A stretch of 64,000 nt of DNA from Octopus vulgaris (Eukaryota), in NCBI GenBank assembly GCA_951406725.2, contig OX597822.1:16306001-16370000 (forward strand). The letters run 5' to 3'. The stretch's first letter is position 1. Each line of letters opens with the position of its first letter. Under the pieces are notes generated by a model. It saw nothing but the letters and a program-made list of their open reading frames with translations. It ran no database searches and was not told where the DNA came from. Positions 27,631 through 42,156 of the stretch are shown here, piece after piece. The position numbers and the translations under genes were made by a program.

Positions 27631-29057
27631 TTATTATTATCGTCATCATCATCACCATCATCATCATCCTTATTATTATTAGGCAACGAGAGAAAGGTTA
27701 TTCCAAAAATAAAATAGTAAAACGGTGGATATGAAATAGAATAGAGTATGGATAAAACAGGGTTATATGCGTGTGGGGGGAGGGTGCGTGTGTGAAAGCG
27801 CTCAGCACCTCATCACGTATAGATGGATTTATAAGTATTTAATAAAAGTTGGTAAAGTCGATAAAGCTTTGACCGAAGAGTTCAGGTCTCGAAACCCAGT
27901 CACCTGGAGCACTACAGAACATCTACAATCGTAGACATTACACCAAGGAACGCTGGTTCTCCCATTTCGTTAAATGTAGGTGATTGGTGGTAATCTTCCC
28001 AAGGGTCTCTGTCTACAGCCGTGTTCGTCCAACACATTACAATAGACGTTCCTCTTGCTTTATGGCGCGATCTTTACGGCTGACAGTGAGGTTGTCGTAG
28101 TTTAATTTAAAGAAATGGTGGAGGGCCATCCTTACTGTTAACACGTTCCTTTTCTAACCTCTTCTTTCACCGAGGTAACTGTTCCTTCTCTCTACCACGA
28201 GCCTTTTACTAAGCCCTATCGATTCACATTCATTTTCTCACTTCAAAGCGTCCTCCCCTATTGCTGACGATGGCCCTCATCAAGGTGCTCGCTTGACTAG
28301 CTCATTGATTCACTCTCTGTTCTCTTGCTTTCTAACATAGGCCCACGGCTACAGGTTCTGAATAGAGGGAATATTCAAAGCTATCACGTACAAGAAAAGT
28401 GTGTAGTAATTATTTTGCAGATCCCGAAAGAACGGGAAATAAAATCAACTCAAAACACACAAAAATATGTGTAAACTTGTAAATAATTTAGCTGCACAGA
28501 ATAAGGATTCTACCGTTTAATTATGATAACAAAGACAGAAGCAAAATAGAGATTCGTTTCGTTAGTGGCCCACTTACAAAATTCATGCAAATGGTAAGGC
28601 TAAAATTTCATTTGAGAATTTGACAATGTCATCAGGGATTTGAACAAGAGTTATTCACGCATAATCGAGGCGCCGGGGTAAAGCAAACATGATTTTGAGT
28701 TTTATTGATTGCAAAAAGATGTACGATCATCTCTCTTCTGGAGCTGGTGCTACTGTGTCTTGTATTTACGCATATATTTACGCATATATATATATTCGTC
28801 CACATCTAGTACAACATATAATATTTGTATACTAGATAAGTTTTGAAGTGATGTAAAGAATATCTAATTTAACTTTCTCATTGTTGGCTTGTGTCTTCTT
28901 TTTTTCTTTCGTATGTGTGTATGTGTATGTATGTGTATGTGTGTTATTTGTTTTTAATTTTTAGAAATATTTGTTTTGATTTTGAACGTGTTAATTTAAT
29001 CTAAATTTTAGTAGAGCATTTTTTGTAATATTTTATTATCTACTTTTTTAATCTCAG

Positions 29058-29118
29058 GAAAAGTACGTTGGAAAATAAATTACAAAATCATTCGCTCGAG
29101 ATGGAGAAGGGAGAAACG
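29058..29118 (+). other. Candidate 61-nt exon
   Basis: tactttttttaatctcag acceptor and ACG|gtatta donor; two frames are open (e.g. KSTLENKLQNHSLEMEKGET); no recognisable homology. Confidence 0.3.
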
Positions 29119-29390
29119 GTATTATCATTATTTGATTGCAGTTTTTAGCTTTAAAGTTATTTAGTTTCGCTTTTATTCGTAATATTTTTAGTTCTGAAAG
29201 CATTTCATTTCGTTCATGCATGTGGAATTTTGCTTTCGTATCTCGGGATTTGGATGAGGCAATGCAAATATTTCTTTCGCATGGTTATTTCTGCCTCTAT
29301 ATTACGGATATCGATTTTGTATTCATTCTTGAGTTAATTGCTTACAAAAAATTTTTAGATGAAACAGTGAAGTCTAGTTATATTACTTTA

Positions 29391-29421
<31 letters not shown>

Positions 29422-29498
29422 TTCTCTCTCTCTCTCAATCATCCTTTCGCACTTTCTTAATATATATGTGCGTGTGTATCTGTGCATGCATTTTTTAA

Positions 29499-29567
<69 letters not shown>

Positions 29568-29639
29568 CGTACATATATATACACAAGCATATGTACATAT
29601 ACACACATACACACATATATATTATAGATTTTGGTAGAG

Positions 29640-29745
29640 TTCATAGAGGGTCGGATAAGATACCACGCGTTATTTCATTTTGCTGTCTGCTACCTGAGTT
29701 CAAACTCCACCGAGGTCAACTCTACTTGTAATCATTTCGAGGCGG
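29640..29745 (+). mobile_element. SINE family B fragment
   Basis: CTGAGTTCAAACTCCACCGAGGTCAACT. Confidence 0.6.
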
Positions 29746-32360
29746 TGGATTAAAGCATTGTAAAGACGTTGCACGGGATGTCTTGCAGTATTTGATCCAT
29801 TTGTTCGTGGCCAGGCGAGCCTGTTTTCAATTCCATTAGAGCCAACTCGTAAGGAGTATCCTTGCATGGGAATATACTGGTCGTCTGAGTTCCCAGCTGA
29901 GTACTTGGCTCTCTAAGTGTAGATACGTATTCTCTCGAGATATGCAAATACCAAGAAACCTATATGTACGCGCCCCCCCCACACACACACACGTATGTGT
30001 GTGGTGAGAGGGGTAAGAAACAATTTTGAGAGATTATTATTATAGATTTACATACTGAATATCATATGTTACTGCAATAAAAGATTGATTAACGGTATTA
30101 TTTATGCATTATTCGTTGAAAATTTTATTTCCCAAATGTTCATAAAAATTATTTTGTAATTAAATGGTAGAGCAAACATATATTTAGAAATTATTACTTT
30201 GCTTCTTCTCGTTGTAGCAATAAGAATCCGACAACTATAAACGTACATTTTTGCCACGTTTCCACTCTAAATTTTAGTTGTTATTGAAATCCATAAAATA
30301 CATTTCATTGTTGAATGAGTGTGATTAAGTCTTCATAATGCGTCTCTTTTTTGTCAATATATTCAATTTATTTCCACTAAATATATATACTGTAAGTCTT
30401 AGTTTATTGAAATTTCTGTTGACAATTCAATATTCACAAAAATCATTATATCCCTTATGACATACCATAATGTCAACTTGTAAATTTCAGAACAGGATTA
30501 TTATATCACTTCCAGATATTTGGTTGTGAAAGGCCTATTTGAAAATACTAAACTGAATACTGCAAAATCATTCTTTCTTTCATTTTGTTCACTCCATACT
30601 ACAGAATAATCTTCATAATTATATCAACACAAACCAACGCTATCACAAAACGAATCACTGTTGTAACTCTCACTTTTATAATGGTTAAATTAAATATAAA
30701 ATGGACAAAGGCTTTTCAGAATAAAGTTTTAAAAACTTCTATTGTGTTTTCACTTCATTTGACGAATTATTTTTCAAATTTCATTTAAATTGATTCAGAT
30801 ATTTTTATCTTCAACACGGAAATTATTTATGAAAACATTTCAAAGCTATGTTTTCATTCAGTTGTGAAATAGTGATGCGAGATTTCCGAATGGTTGCTTA
30901 TTGTACAATATAACGGGGAACATGTATTAAATTGCCTTCGGTGAAAATGAACGTGTTGCTGGGTACAAGTCTCAAACAAATGAAGTTAAGAACGAACATA
31001 GATGATAACAATAATATTATCTAACTGGCTTGGGGGCTTTCAAAATAGAATTCTAAAGATGATACATATTACGATATTATTTAGAAGAATATTGAAAGAA
31101 GATAATCATTCAAGGAAAGATTTTTCTAAACCTCAGTCGTGCTTGGCATGTAACAATCTATTTGTGAAGTATTTCTGATAGGGCTGTGGGTGTGAATCGA
31201 TAATGTACTAGAATGCTCTGACGGTTTCTTTAACGCAGAATGCAAGAAAACTGTGTAAATACCACGATGGTGATAACACTATTATGTCTAGAAAGTTCAA
31301 ATATGAGGCACTGATGTACAGCTAACAGAATTTTCCTCCAAAAGCTTTCTGTTTTCTATGCTACCCTCATGTGTCAGTTGAATATTGTTTTACTTTTATT
31401 GCCAAAACCCGTTAATGTGTATGTTACATCAGTGCTTGAATAAGCTAAGTAAAGAATCGTATATTTAATAGAAGTGTTTCGAAAAGTTTTCTTTTATTGT
31501 CATCAATGTGAAGTAGGCATAGAGAAGTTCTGGTGACGACTTCATGAAGATCGGCTGCAGATAAATATCTAAAACGGCATGCTTCATTACAATTACAACC
31601 TCTAATTTCTATCAAAACTATATAAGAAATACTCGCTTTCTTTGCTTTAGTTTTCTCTGTTGCATTTATAACTAATTTCTTTATGGACGTAAGTAAATAT
31701 TTTTTCATCGAAGATAATTATTGTCTTTATGTAAAAATGGTAATTAACTTGTTGATTTTCCTTTCTCTCATTCCAGAAACACAACAGCTTCAGAAATAAA
31801 AACAAGTGAAACCTAATAAAGAATTTTATTTTCTTTTTTCCACATCACAGTATGAAACATTTCGACTTACCTCGAAAAAACAAACATGTAGAAGGGAAAC
31901 GAAATTTAATAAGATAGTTATATTTCAAATCAGGATCCCGGGTAGATAAAATTTCCGATATCCAATTGGAGAAGTTTAATTTTGTTGCAGGATCACATTA
32001 TCTTAGAAAGAAAACGAACTCATTTGTTATAGATTATTAAAATTATAAAATAAACAAATGACACGGAAATGAGGTGTTGTAATGTAAATTCTGATGAGAA
32101 GCCCATCATACAATTTTGTTTCTTAAAAAATATTAGCTTGGAGAAACATAAAAGATTTAAAGGAATCCAAATTATTATTTATCATAACCTCCAGAGTGTG
32201 AGCTTCAATGCCTTGCGATATTTAGTTGACATAATTTCCGTTTTCAATTCAATTCAGACCGCGACCTCTGTTGGATTACATCCTTTGTCGTCCAAAAACT
32301 TATTTACCAGTCACTCTTTCTGGTAGAACTCCGCCTAAAAATGTGACCCTGCCTATGCAA

Positions 32361-32809
32361 ACCTATTATCTTAGAAAATATCTGTGTGTCTGTCTGTGTG
32401 CTTAAAATATTTGACAAGGTCATCCGCATTAATTGTGAAAAATCTGCGAACTGTATAAAGATGTTTTTTCTTTTGCCAATAACTTCCGCAGTTTCCAACC
32501 GATTTGATCCAAATTTGGCACAAACATTACTCGTGCTTTAAGAATTGTTTTAAACTTATGTTTTTGTGAAGTCAATCCATGTTGAATGAGAAAAGTCTGA
32601 GAATAACTGCGTGAAATTCAGTTTTTTGCCAATAACTTCCGCAGTTTCGAAACCGATTACTCATGCTTAATTGACTGTCTTAAACTAATGAATTGTCAAG
32701 TTTATTCACATTAAATTTAAAATTTACTGGATTAAACTTAGTCTTTTGCTTACAACTTCTGCCGTTTACTCACGCGCCAAGGGTTGTAGCGCAGTTTTAC
32801 CTTGCTAAT
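32361..32809 (+). mobile_element. Non-autonomous Helitron-like element
   Basis: 5' (TCTG/TGTG) microsatellite, CCGATTTGATCCAAATTTGGCACA internal motif, internal duplications, GCGC...GCGC 3' hairpin and CTAAT end. Confidence 0.5.
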
Positions 32810-33149
32810 TTGATCTGTGTACATTAGTGTTTAAACCCCCCACCTATTATTGACTATGGTCATGTTGACCCCGCCACCCTCTTCAGCACAAATTTTCTTT
32901 AAATGCCTCTGTTAATCGTGTGATAACAGAGGGTGAACTGCCAGCATAACTTTTGACATATCGGCGTGAACACAACTAATGCGCACTCCCTTTTTCATCT
33001 ATGTACATTACTGTTTAATTAAACCCCACCCCTATTATTGCCTGCGACCATGATGCCCCTACGCTTCAGCCTCCTATTTGATGTTAATTACTGCTTTTAC
33101 CACGTCCTCAGTGTTTACTCACTTTCCCCCTCATTATCACCGATGATCA

Positions 33150-34160
33150 TATTTCCCCCTTTTCACCCCTATTTTCCTTAACGACATTATGCTCAATCTT
33201 ACCCATCAATTGGTGTCTGGAAATCCAAATCCTGCAGAAGCGCAGAGCTATTGTTAACCAACGGCAGGGACTAACAGGTCCAATTTCCAAGGAAGCCAAT
33301 GTCTGAGGTACTTCTCCTGATCTTATTGCTTGAGCAATGTGATATGCGTAGGACTGATCTATGCTGAGATCTTTGACAATTTCTTCTGGAAACACTGGAA
33401 TGGGAGGGCCTACATAAATCCTTGGAAAGTTTGCCAAGAGGACCTGACCACTTATTACTTTTTGTAGGACCATCAATTTCCTGGATGAGAAGAAGAAAAG
33501 GTTACTCACCTGGATACAATCCAAATGAGTCTTCTTTCAAGTTGTTTTTCTAAATAACTCATCACACCTCGCTTCCAGCCAGTATTCACTGCGGTTCAAT
33601 CCCCACCAATAGACTGCACTGAAGTGTCAAGCCCTCTCTCTCTCTCTCTCTTGGAACCAGCATAAAATATTATCAGCAATTACTTCTGCATGTTTTTTTC
33701 TCTTCCACTTCAACTTCAGGTGTAAAATGAAACAAACACTGACCCCCAGGCTCAGAGCAAACAGTGTAGTGCTCTTTTTTTTATTAGAATTGGTAATTTT
33801 CTGGAAATTCAATCTACTTCAACTATAAATTTGGTTTCAGGAAAGCCGTATTTTTAATTTCTTTCCTCGCTGATCAGATATCTCACTCATTACTTTTTCT
33901 TGCGCTCTTCTAAGTTTATTATAATCTATAATCAAGGATGAATCCTCTCGACTGATGAGGCCTGCATCTATCCAAGTGTGAGTTGCAATTTCAGCATCCT
34001 AACGGAGTCCAATATGATGGCGAACACTAGCTAATGCAATGTTTAAAATGTCTCTTGTATTTTCCTCTCTTTGGTATGGCTTCAGAAGATTCTTTAAAAT
34101 TTTCATCTGACATTACTTCATTTTCTTCAGAAGAACTATCAAACAACTGATAAACATCAT
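33150..34160 (-). pseudogene. hAT-superfamily (hATm/hATx-like) transposase relic
   Basis: IGGD*TAVNTGWKRGVMSYLEKQLERRLIWI (DGTxxNTG block), LSIDQSY...GPVSPCRWLT (HARWLT-like) and upstream LIIDYNKLRRA; stops and frameshifts. Confidence 0.75.
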
Positions 34161-34284
34161 GGCAGAGGTGTTCTTCTCTTTGTATGACTTCATTCTTCAT
34201 TCCCTTCTTTTCTTCTCTCTCTCTCTCTCTCTCTCTCTCTTTATTTCTCTCTGAGAAGGCCTTTCCTTTTTCCAGCAGAAATCT

Positions 34285-34612
34285 GTCTCCTTATATGATG
34301 CATCAGAAATTGAGGGAATTTGGCTATGAAGTTCTTCCCCATCCAGCTTATTTCCCGTACCTTTCTCCTACCGCCTACCACTTTATCAAGAACCTTGATG
34401 GTTTCCTGCGAGAGGTGTTCAAAACTCAAACTGATGTTGAAAGTGTGTTCAAAGAGTTCCTCAGCTCCAGAACTCCAAACTTTTATGTCACTGGAATAAA
34501 CTTGTAACTCGTTGGCGAAAATGCATTGATGAATAGAATTTCCACATTCTTGAAATATAGTTTGATGAATTTCATGTTTGAAAACGTTGCTTACCTTTTA
34601 CTCAGCCTGATA
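34285..34612 (+). pseudogene. mariner transposase 3' fragment
   Basis: QKLREFGYEVLPHPAYFPYLSPTAYHF corresponds to the mariner HPxYSPDLxPxDY motif, followed by the typical C-terminus. Confidence 0.85.
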
Positions 34613-34887
34613 CAAATTCAGAAAAAGAGGTATCGCTTTTGCTGAAGAACTTTCTCTGTACATCGCAACATTGATCCAGGAAGGAGGAAAGTTGTCCTCG
34701 GTCATATTGGAATTCGGGACATAAAGTGTGGAAACGAAATAATTCTCTAATACAAATCGTTCGACGTTCTATCATTTCTGTCAATCTGCAAGCCTTGCGG
34801 TTTTAATATAAATAAACAAATAAAGAAGGAAAGGATTAAATAAATATAATTAATTAATTAATTAAATTAAATAAAGTAAAAGATACA

Positions 34888-35343
34888 TAGGCGTTGCTGT
34901 ATGGCAAGAAGTTCGCTTCTTAACGAAATGGTCCCGGTTTCAGTTCCACTGTGTCACCCCTTGAGCAAGTGTCTCCAAGTGGAGCCACGGTGCAGCCAAA
35001 GTCATGAGAATCGATTTGATAGACAGACATCGAAAGAAGCCCGTCGTATATATACTTTATATATATACGTGCGTGTGACTGTGTATGTACATATATGTAT
35101 TTATGTGTGTTTATATGTGTATGTATGTGTGTGTTTCTTTGAGCGTGTGTTTGTCCCTCATCACCGTTTGACAACCGTCAAAGTGAGTTTACTTTTCTGT
35201 AACTGAGCGGTTCAGTAAAAGGGACCTATAGAATAATTACCATTCTTTAAAGTACCGGAGTCTATTCATTCGTCTACAAGTTCTTCGAGGAAATGCCCCA
35301 GCATGGCCACAGTCTAATGATTGAAACAAGTAAAAGCTAAAAG
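34888..35343 (+). mobile_element. SINE family A
   Basis: Full head-to-tail similarity to 51019-51410. Confidence 0.85.
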
Positions 35344-36313
35344 CAAGATGGTTGTTTGACAGAATTATTGACAGGAGAATTAACTGCCTGGAGATTATCC
35401 GGATTTACAAAGCACTTGAGTAACAAGGACCACACGATGCCTACCTTCAACGAGATGCTAGTCCGTCACAGTGTTAATCCTCTGGTCCCACCGACCACAT
35501 AACGGGATTATTAAATATAGCTAACAGTCAAAATATCTGCAGTGTTTAGTTACCTCCGTGAAGTTTCTGGGTTCAAATGTTGATAAGAACGACTCCGGCT
35601 TTTAACGTATCGTTGGTCTATAAAAGAGACGCTTGTTAAGAACTTTATTCGACATTTAATCACTAAACCATTCTATAAATAGTTTCTCTAGTACCTATAT
35701 TAGAAATATATAGTAATAAATCAATTGGCGCAATGCGATTAACATACCAAATATGGATATTAACAAATTGGTAAGAATTAGATATAATTTTGTTGATTTG
35801 TTAAAAAAGAAAACAAAATTTAAAGGAATTATAACAACATTTTTTTTTCACACTTAAATATAAGCAATGGTGTTTTTATGTTACGAGATCAAACGTAAAA
35901 ATAAAGCTATTCTTAGTCGCGGTGTCAACAGAATTTCTATGATGAAACACCTCTCTTTATGACATTCGTGACAAGGGAATTGTAAATAACTGCACTCGAT
36001 TATAGAAATATGACTATAGTGGAAATAATGAATGACAGTAATATAAATACTGAAAGCATCTGCAATAATAATGATATGGAAGAGTCAAATAACTATCGGC
36101 GGTACTGGGAGTGTCGGGGACGATAACGAAAGTGGTGAGGGCGATAAATACTATTTGGTGAAGATGACAGGGTATAAAATGCGAATATCTATAAGATTAT
36201 CTCTCTCTGTCTCTCTTTTGATTTATATATATATATATATATATATATACATACATGCATAGATATATATATATATATATACATACATACATACATACAT
36301 ACATACATACATG

Positions 36314-36350
<37 letters not shown>

Positions 36351-36384
36351 AATAATATATAAATATATGCATATATACAGCACA

Positions 36385-36560
36385 TATGGGTCCAGGACAT
36401 CAAAAAAACGTTGAACACAATGAGAAACGAAAACAAAAACAAAAACATAGAAACAAACTTTTGGGGGGAACAGCGAAAAAAACAGAGAAACAAGACATAC
36501 AACATAAAGAATATTCTCCTTCTTCGGTTGTCCCTGTTTCATCTACTCCGCGTTTCGAAA
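36385..36560 (-). mobile_element. pLTR-like fragment beginning at an HHR GAAA box
   Basis: Minus strand starts TTC-GAAA-CGCG followed by a T-rich tail; both ends lie in TA-rich microsatellite. Confidence 0.35.
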
Positions 36561-37347
36561 CATATATATATATAATCCCGTAACTGAGACGAGTCAAAGC
36601 GAGGTTAAAGGATAAAACGTGCGATAAACAGCAGAGCTGAACAATATTCGTGTTAAATATATGGTACAAACATAATGAAAGACGTCGAAGAAAAGTTTAA
36701 TAAATTTAATTAAAGTGGTAATTAAAAGATTGAATGTTTGGGTTTTTGTCGAAATAGAAGACAAACTTTAAACGTACGTTCTCCTACTTCCACTTTATCA
36801 CAGAAAGGACAAAATTTGGGAATGTTCTGCGAATTCTCTCTTACGAATCAACTGTTACCAATTCAGAACAGTGCCATTTTCCTCAGATTGTGATGTTATT
36901 CAACAAATTCGATAGACTTGGAGCTAGAATCATTGATTTGTGTCGTGTATAGTGTAGAATGAAGCAAGGGAACTAAAACTAGCAAAAACTGGTGGAGAAA
37001 TTAATGTTTTGTTGTCTCGCTGACAGGTTAGTGGTTTCTCTGTCGTCATTGATACTCTGCCGTCTGTCTGTCTCTTCAAATCGCACTTAATTTTCCGCTT
37101 CCTCTCACCTAGCCTAAATACATATTGTGGAGAGAAGAAAGATGAATTCACGACAGTAGAGCTGGGTGAAATTAAAATATTTTGTATTCGTTCGTTTCTA
37201 GGACTGAATTCACATCTTCGATTTACAGTATTTAATGAAAAAGAAACGTGAAAGACGAATACCGCCTCCTTCCAAATCAATAGAACTAATCCTAGGCTGG
37301 CTGAATATCTCTGATGAGGTAACGTTCAGGTTACAAGAGCAGCTGCC

Positions 37348-37416
37348 CAGCAGCAGCAACAGCAACAGCAGCAGCAGCAACAGCAACAGCAGCAGCAGTA
37401 ATAGTAGTAGTAGTGA

Positions 37417-37509
<93 letters not shown>

Positions 37510-37520
37510 TGCTGCTGCTG
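37348..37520. repeat. (AGC)n(AGT)n trinucleotide array
   Basis: Direct. Confidence 0.95.
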
Positions 37521-37759
37521 TTGTTCTTTTTGTAGATAGTCGTAATTGAGAAGAACAACAATCGAAGATGTTCCAACATCGTGACCATCCCATCTTTTTC
37601 AAGTACAGTGTGCCTACTACATGTTATCCAACCGTATAAGATAGTGAAATGTGATCTGAGAAAGATTTGTTAATTTTAGAAGGGATCTGTCGCTGCATGG
37701 AAGTTCGTCTGTGTTGGAATTTTGCATCATGTTTCCCTTTCAAGTTTTAGTGTGTCGAC

Positions 37760-38250
37760 ATGATTTCCCCTTATGGTCAGCAACATTAAAAGCCGTGATC
37801 TTTGCTCGCCTACGTTTTGACCGCAGCAACCGACGACAATTCGAACCACCAACCATGCAGCCTCCCTCTGACTTTCACTTCGATCCGATCGTGTTATTAT
37901 GTTGACCTCATGTCTCACCACCTTAAGCATATGGGATGGTCATATGGATTGCTTTGCAACCTGTCCCTCTTTGTGGAAATTTGACATAAAATCCGGTCCC
38001 TTGTCCCGCCACGAATAAATGCTTGCTGTATTCGTCGTAATCCAAGCGTCCCTTCAAATCCTGAAACGGCGTTTATTTTGTTTTTCTTTCATTTTTATTT
38101 TTGCCATTTTGTTGTTTCAATTGAGACTCCATATTTAACAAGATTAGCTGGTCCGGTATCATGTTTAGGAGTTCATCCAATGTTTTCTTTTATGTTTCAG
38201 TTGAGGTTTTTTTGTCTTTCTCATTTCCTTAAGTAAGCAGTTTAACAGTT
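37760..38250 (-). mobile_element. Probable RTE-clade LINE 3' relic
   Basis: Minus-strand LRW*, EVKVRGR and AKDH...VADH resemble the RTE C-terminal LRWxGH/GRP/DRxxW blocks; heavily decayed. Confidence 0.35.
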
Positions 38251-38509
38251 GAGGATCTGTAAATAACAGATTGATACAATAGAGTGTTTTTGCTCGTGAT
38301 TCCGAGTGACTGCAAAAGAAACGAGTGACAACGAACAAGTTTGAGTGAGGAATTGGCTATATTTAATGGAGACGGTTACCCACAGAGAAATATTCTAGGG
38401 ATATGAGAAACACGATGAAGTGGGGGGTCAGTGGCTGATATGATCGACTGATTAATCAATAGCATTAGTATTTATATAAAAAAGACCATAATTGCAAATT
38501 ATATTAAGT

Positions 38510-38725
38510 GCTGCGGATTAGCAGAATCGTTAGAACACCGGATAAAATACCTTGCGGTATTTACTCCGTCTCTTTACATCCTAAGTTCAAATCATACCAA
38601 GGTTCCTGTTGTCTAATCTCATACCAAAATCAATAAATTAAAGTATCACTTAATTACTGTAGCCGATTTAATCGATTAACTACCCTCTCTCCTCAAAAAT
38701 TACTAGAACAGTGCTCAAGAATTAT
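38510..38725 (+). mobile_element. SINE family B
   Basis: GCAGAATCGTTAGAACACCGGATAAAATACCTTGCGGTATTT...AGTTCAAATC. Confidence 0.7.
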
Positions 38726-40238
38726 TGCTAATTATACACTTTCCCGTTCTGACACGATTTTACACGTGATTGTGATCCTAGTAAAATGGATTTATTGTCT
38801 CGTTTACCCGCTTTTCTATCCTGACTACTTGCATTCTTCAACGTGAGCCTGTCATCAGCTTCGTCCTCTCAAGTACTTATGATGTACTCGCCTCCTTCTT
38901 CCATTATTCACTCACACTGTATTAACTCCTAAGGCTCGTCCTTTCTCTTCTAGTGCTCTTTCACTGCACATGCCTTCCAGGTGTCGTCAACATATATTTA
39001 ATCAATACGAATATCAACTGTTTAGAGCCCGCCTCGTTAAGGAGAGCTTGCGAAGGCCACAGACGTACTGCCTTCATCCAGATTGAACCAACGAACAAAA
39101 CAAAGGACCATACTCGTAGAATTCAATCCTTATTGAATAGATTTACATCACTTTAGAAGCCACTACTTTGTGACTGTGCACAGGTCCCATCTTTCATTAC
39201 AATCTGATAGACAAATAATGTTAGTGCGTTTTTTATAATGGAACGATTAACGAAATAAATTTTCAGCATGATGTAAAATGTCAACGTTTAATTGAAGAAA
39301 ATATAGACACAGTTCACAAGTGGTTTTATAGATTCATCCAAAAGTGAAGTGTTTTGATTGTGATATGATCACAGACAGCCAAGGTATTTGGCAAAACATT
39401 GTGAAGTTAGAAATAGAAGAATTAAGTGGAATGTTTTTGGGAAATACTATTTATTCGTGAGTCAATTACAGTGTACATATACATCTTTCTTAATTTTTGC
39501 ATTTAGCTTTCTTTTAAATATTAACCCAATATGTCTAACACATTAGTTTTAGATTTTTTATTATAGCACATATTTTGCATGTTGTCTTGTTCGTTAACTT
39601 GTTTCTTTCTTCATCTATCTCTCTTTCCTTTTCTGTATTTTTTTTTTTTAGAATGACGCCACTTTTCTTAATTTATCTCAATTTGGAGTGCTTTCGCGCA
39701 TTTTATTTTTCCGAATATCATATTAATTTTTCTAGTAAATCCGTGTACTACCTACAGGCGTTTTTAATTATATATCCCCTGTAGCATGCGAACTGATATC
39801 GTTTACATACGAAAGCTGTGTTTATTGTCCTTATTTCATTTATACCCGAGTCTGCTCAGCTTTAACATGGTTAACATCCTCAAAGGATATTTATCTTCTA
39901 ACATAGATGTGCTTAAATTTTATAAATGACTCCTACTTCCGTATCTGTCGAATCGTTTACCATTTAACTAGGATATTTTATGTAATCTTTTGATATCTGT
40001 GCAGCCTAAGGCTCATATCTGCAGGGTCCATGTGTACGAATCGGGTCAAAAGACTCATGTTAGTATAACATTGCACTAACCACACCCTTCTTTCCGTTTT
40101 ACATTCTTCGACGGACTTTCATGATCAGTAATTGATCTTTGAACCAATATGAACCTTTCTAACATCTCATCTGTTTATTTCTCTTTTACAGGAAACAGAT
40201 TGGGTTGTTTTTTTTACCAGATGTGCATTTCTTTTTTC

Positions 40239-40535
<297 letters not shown>

Positions 40536-40536
<1 letters not shown>

Positions 40537-40680
40537 GACGGACAAAATGCTGCTAAGTACTTTACGCCCTGAGTTCCAATTCCTTCGAGTTTGACTTTGT
40601 CTTTCATCCCTTGTAATTAACCTATCCTTTTCCCTAAAATGTCAAACTTTATTCCCAAAGTACAAAGGATTATTATCATT
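40536..40680 (+). mobile_element. SINE family B fragment
   Basis: CGGACAAAATGC...CTGAGTTCCAATTCC...GACTTTGTCTTTCATCC. Confidence 0.65.
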
Positions 40681-41821
40681 ATTAAAATCACTAGTTGTCG
40701 CTGCTGCTTATCTTTGTTGCAGGTAAGTTTCTTGGTAATTTCTGAAATAGTTTACTGTTCGTGTTCATTTGTAAATATATTCCTGATAAATTTGAAAAAA
40801 AAGAAGTTATTTGCTTCTTGTTTTTTTTCTTCCAGATATTTTAAATCAAAAATTAACTTTCCTTTCTTTAATTCAATCACTCTGTAATGGGTCGATACCC
40901 TGTCACATTACTGATTCACTTTATTTATCACAAGCAGTGATGAAAGGAAAAATTTTGAGAAATTTGAGTTAAACGAGAAAAATCTGTGAATAATTTTTTT
41001 AAAAAAGGTTGAAGTGTGCAACTAAACTGTGATTTTTCCCATTATCTCAGTGCAGCTTATAGCTGTGAGTTACTCCAGATATGGAACAACTGCATAGAAC
41101 CAGACTTGCTGTCTGATTATTTAAACAACATTCAAGATAAGAAGTTATAGATTTCATTTACGCGACAGGAAATGTTTGTAGAATCTTATTTAGACTGCTG
41201 AATAATAAGTATTAGGTCGAGATAATTCTACGTCAGTAAATAGAATTTTGTTGTAATTCAAGATTAGAATAAAACAGATTAACCTAGGAAACTGGTGATG
41301 GTTTGAGTCACATCATTTAATCCATTGATGAATTCGATTCGCTTAATTTCTGTAAGGGTTGACAAATCTATAATTTTGGGATTTGGGAAAGCTAATTGTA
41401 TGAAAATTAGATGGGGACAACGTGACAACATCAGTTTCTCTCGTCCTCAGACAAATAAGAAGAAGCAATCCGAAACCCTCACCTTAATTCAAGATAACCA
41501 CTTGGCAGTATTTTCAATGACGGGGTATTAATGCCAAATGGCCGCATTACAATGACTGAAATAAGTAAAAGAGAAATCCTCAAATCTATCAAGTGAACTC
41601 CCTATTTGCTGAAGACAAATGATATTTTCACATTGTCACTTTTTGATACAGAAGAAGCACATCATATTTGTACCATAAATATTTTCTTTGAAATTGAAAC
41701 TAGATAACGAGAGTATTTTCGCCCAACCTCTCTGTAGCAATTTAATGTACCTTATGGTGCTTGAGAAAAGGCACTACTACCCAGATGACATTCCCTATCT
41801 TTGTTGTCAGAACTCTTTGCC

Positions 41822-42156
41822 TTTTAAATCATAGTCCTTTCAATCATTAGACAGCGGCCATGCTGGAGCAACGCCTTGAAAAATGTTTAGTCGAATGAGT
41901 AGACTTGTTATTTTAAGTTGAAGGAACGTAAACACACTAACACCGGCTGTCTAGCGATAGTAGGGGAGAAATACACACACGTATATATATATATATATAT
42001 ACATTACGACAGGCCGCTTTCAGTTTCGGTCTACCAAATTCACTTCGAAGGTTTTGGTCAGCCCAAGGCTACATTAGAAGATACGTGCCCAGAATGCCAC
42101 GCAGTGAAACTAAACCTGGAATCCTATGGTTAGAAAGAAAACATTTTACCTGCGCG
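41822..42156 (-). mobile_element. SINE family A
   Basis: GCGGCCATGCTGGAGCA and CTTTCAGTTTCGGTCTACCAAAT blocks. Confidence 0.8.

Noticed and set aside
27877-27902. HHR-like CCGAAGAG...CTCGAAACCCAGTC
   Set aside because: The core box overlaps the putative stem II and stem I is not supported
29760-29945. Possible RTE-X 3' end
   Set aside because: Only a vague YVSTLRE resemblance; too decayed to support
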